From: Solirubrobacterales bacterium
GTDB taxonomy: Bacteria > Actinomycetota > Thermoleophilia > Solirubrobacterales > 70-9
Assembly: GCA_049585815.1 (NCBI GenBank)
Contig: JBAVAR010000011.1
Location: forward strand, 4,919-68,918
Direction of reading: 5' to 3'
DNA: 64,000 bases
Shown here: in pieces, positions 63,540 to 64,000 of the stretch
Layout: every line of letters begins with the position of its first letter
How positions within the stretch are numbered: the stretch's first letter is position 1
Notes under the pieces: generated by a model
What the model saw: only the letters and a program-made list of their open reading frames with translations
The model's database searches: none
Told to the model about the DNA's origin: nothing
Translations under genes and position numbers: made by a program

Positions 63540-64000
63540 CTAGGCGGGAACCAGCACCACCTTTCCGACGTTCAGGCGCTCGGCGATAAAGCGGTGAGCC
63601 TCGCCGGCTCGCTCGAACGGGAACGCCTCGGCGATCACGGGTTCCAGACGACCGGCCTCAAGATCTCCAATCAGCGGCGCGGTGACGCGCTCGAGGCTGC
63701 CCTCGCGGTCCCACCACTTCAGCATGTTGAGGCCGAAGACCCCCTTGTTCTCGTTCATCACGGCGAGACTCTTCCACCAGGGGAGCGTCGCCAGCGGCAT
63801 CTTCAGCAGGCTCCTCAGCGCCGCTGGAATGTCGCGACCTCGCTCGTTGGAGACCTCCGACAACCCGTACATCACCAATCGGCCGCCGGGACGCAGCAGC
63901 CGGTAGTCCTTGTGGAAGGATGTCGGGCCCAGCGCGTCGATGATCACATCGACTCCCTCGCCGGCAGTGATTCGCATGACCTCCACCTCGAAGTCGCGGT
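63540..64000 (-). CDS. Zinc-type/MDR alcohol dehydrogenase or quinone oxidoreductase family protein, C-terminal part (5' end beyond the right edge)
   Basis: ...GEGVDVIIDALGPTSFHKDYRLLRPGGRLVMYG......EAFPFERAGEAHRFIAERLNVGKVVLVP is the C-terminal Rossmann half of MDR enzymes. The frame is open to nt 64000. Confidence 0.8.
   Translation of the reverse strand, partial: RDFEVEVMRITAGEGVDVIIDALGPTSFHKDYRLLRPGGRLVMYGLSEVSNERGRDIPAALRSLLKMPLATLPWWKSLAVMNENKGVFGLNMLKWWDREGSLERVTAPLIGDLEAGRLEPVIAEAFPFERAGEAHRFIAERLNVGKVVLVPA

Noticed and set aside
1-64000. I searched the whole window for rRNA, tRNA, CRISPR arrays, transposases, integrases and known defence or secretion machinery.
   Set aside because: I recognised none by eye. 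No long conserved rRNA stretches, no cloverleaf candidates in the intergenic gaps, no spaced direct-repeat arrays and no DDE/HUH/tyrosine-recombinase motifs appear in any listed ORF. A tRNAscan/Infernal/ISfinder run would be the proper confirmation.

Overview
The window is a gene-dense, high-G+C bacterial chromosomal segment. Hand-counted 60-nt lines in housekeeping genes are about 65-70 % G+C. GTG/TTG starts are frequent and many neighbouring genes overlap by 4-8 nt at stop/start. Two DDN-family (F420-type) enzymes and a thiolase-FabG4-HtdX-FadE operon point to an actinobacterial-type genome. The secreted-protein repertoire reminds me of Thermoleophilia/Solirubrobacterales-like lineages, but that is inference from memory only.

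I can support about 57 protein-coding genes and 4-5 decayed genes. One gene, a 59-aa rubredoxin, is missing from the ORF track. I recognise no rRNA, tRNA, CRISPR array, transposase or integrase.

- Left part (0-26 kb): a cyclase, decayed sigma-factor pieces, MTHFR-like, cupins, SDRs, TetR, a Na+/H+ antiporter and a carboxyltransferase. It also holds two large secreted repeat proteins (6184-8106 and 13618-15648).
- Centre (26.7-44.8 kb), the stand-out: a single-chain double TetR regulator is transcribed divergently from a 16-kb plus-strand operon. The operon leader carries a tandem 41-bp hairpin repeat. Its core is a tandemly duplicated pair of giant secreted proteins, A1-B1-A2-B2 (1288/934/1511/938 aa), joined by overlapping stop/start codons. 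A membrane-anchored protein and a free-standing single copy of the B module follow. Several of these proteins end in unusual poly-basic (Arg/Lys/His) tails. I cannot assign a function and know of no characterised system with this architecture.
- Right part (45-64 kb): ordinary lipid and redox metabolism, namely MaoC, DUF2182/DUF899, TetR-GNAT, two ACADs, HtdX, FabG4, thiolase, thioesterase, methyltransferase, YjbQ, GMC oxidoreductase and an MDR dehydrogenase.

All functional calls come from reading the translations by eye. No database search was run.
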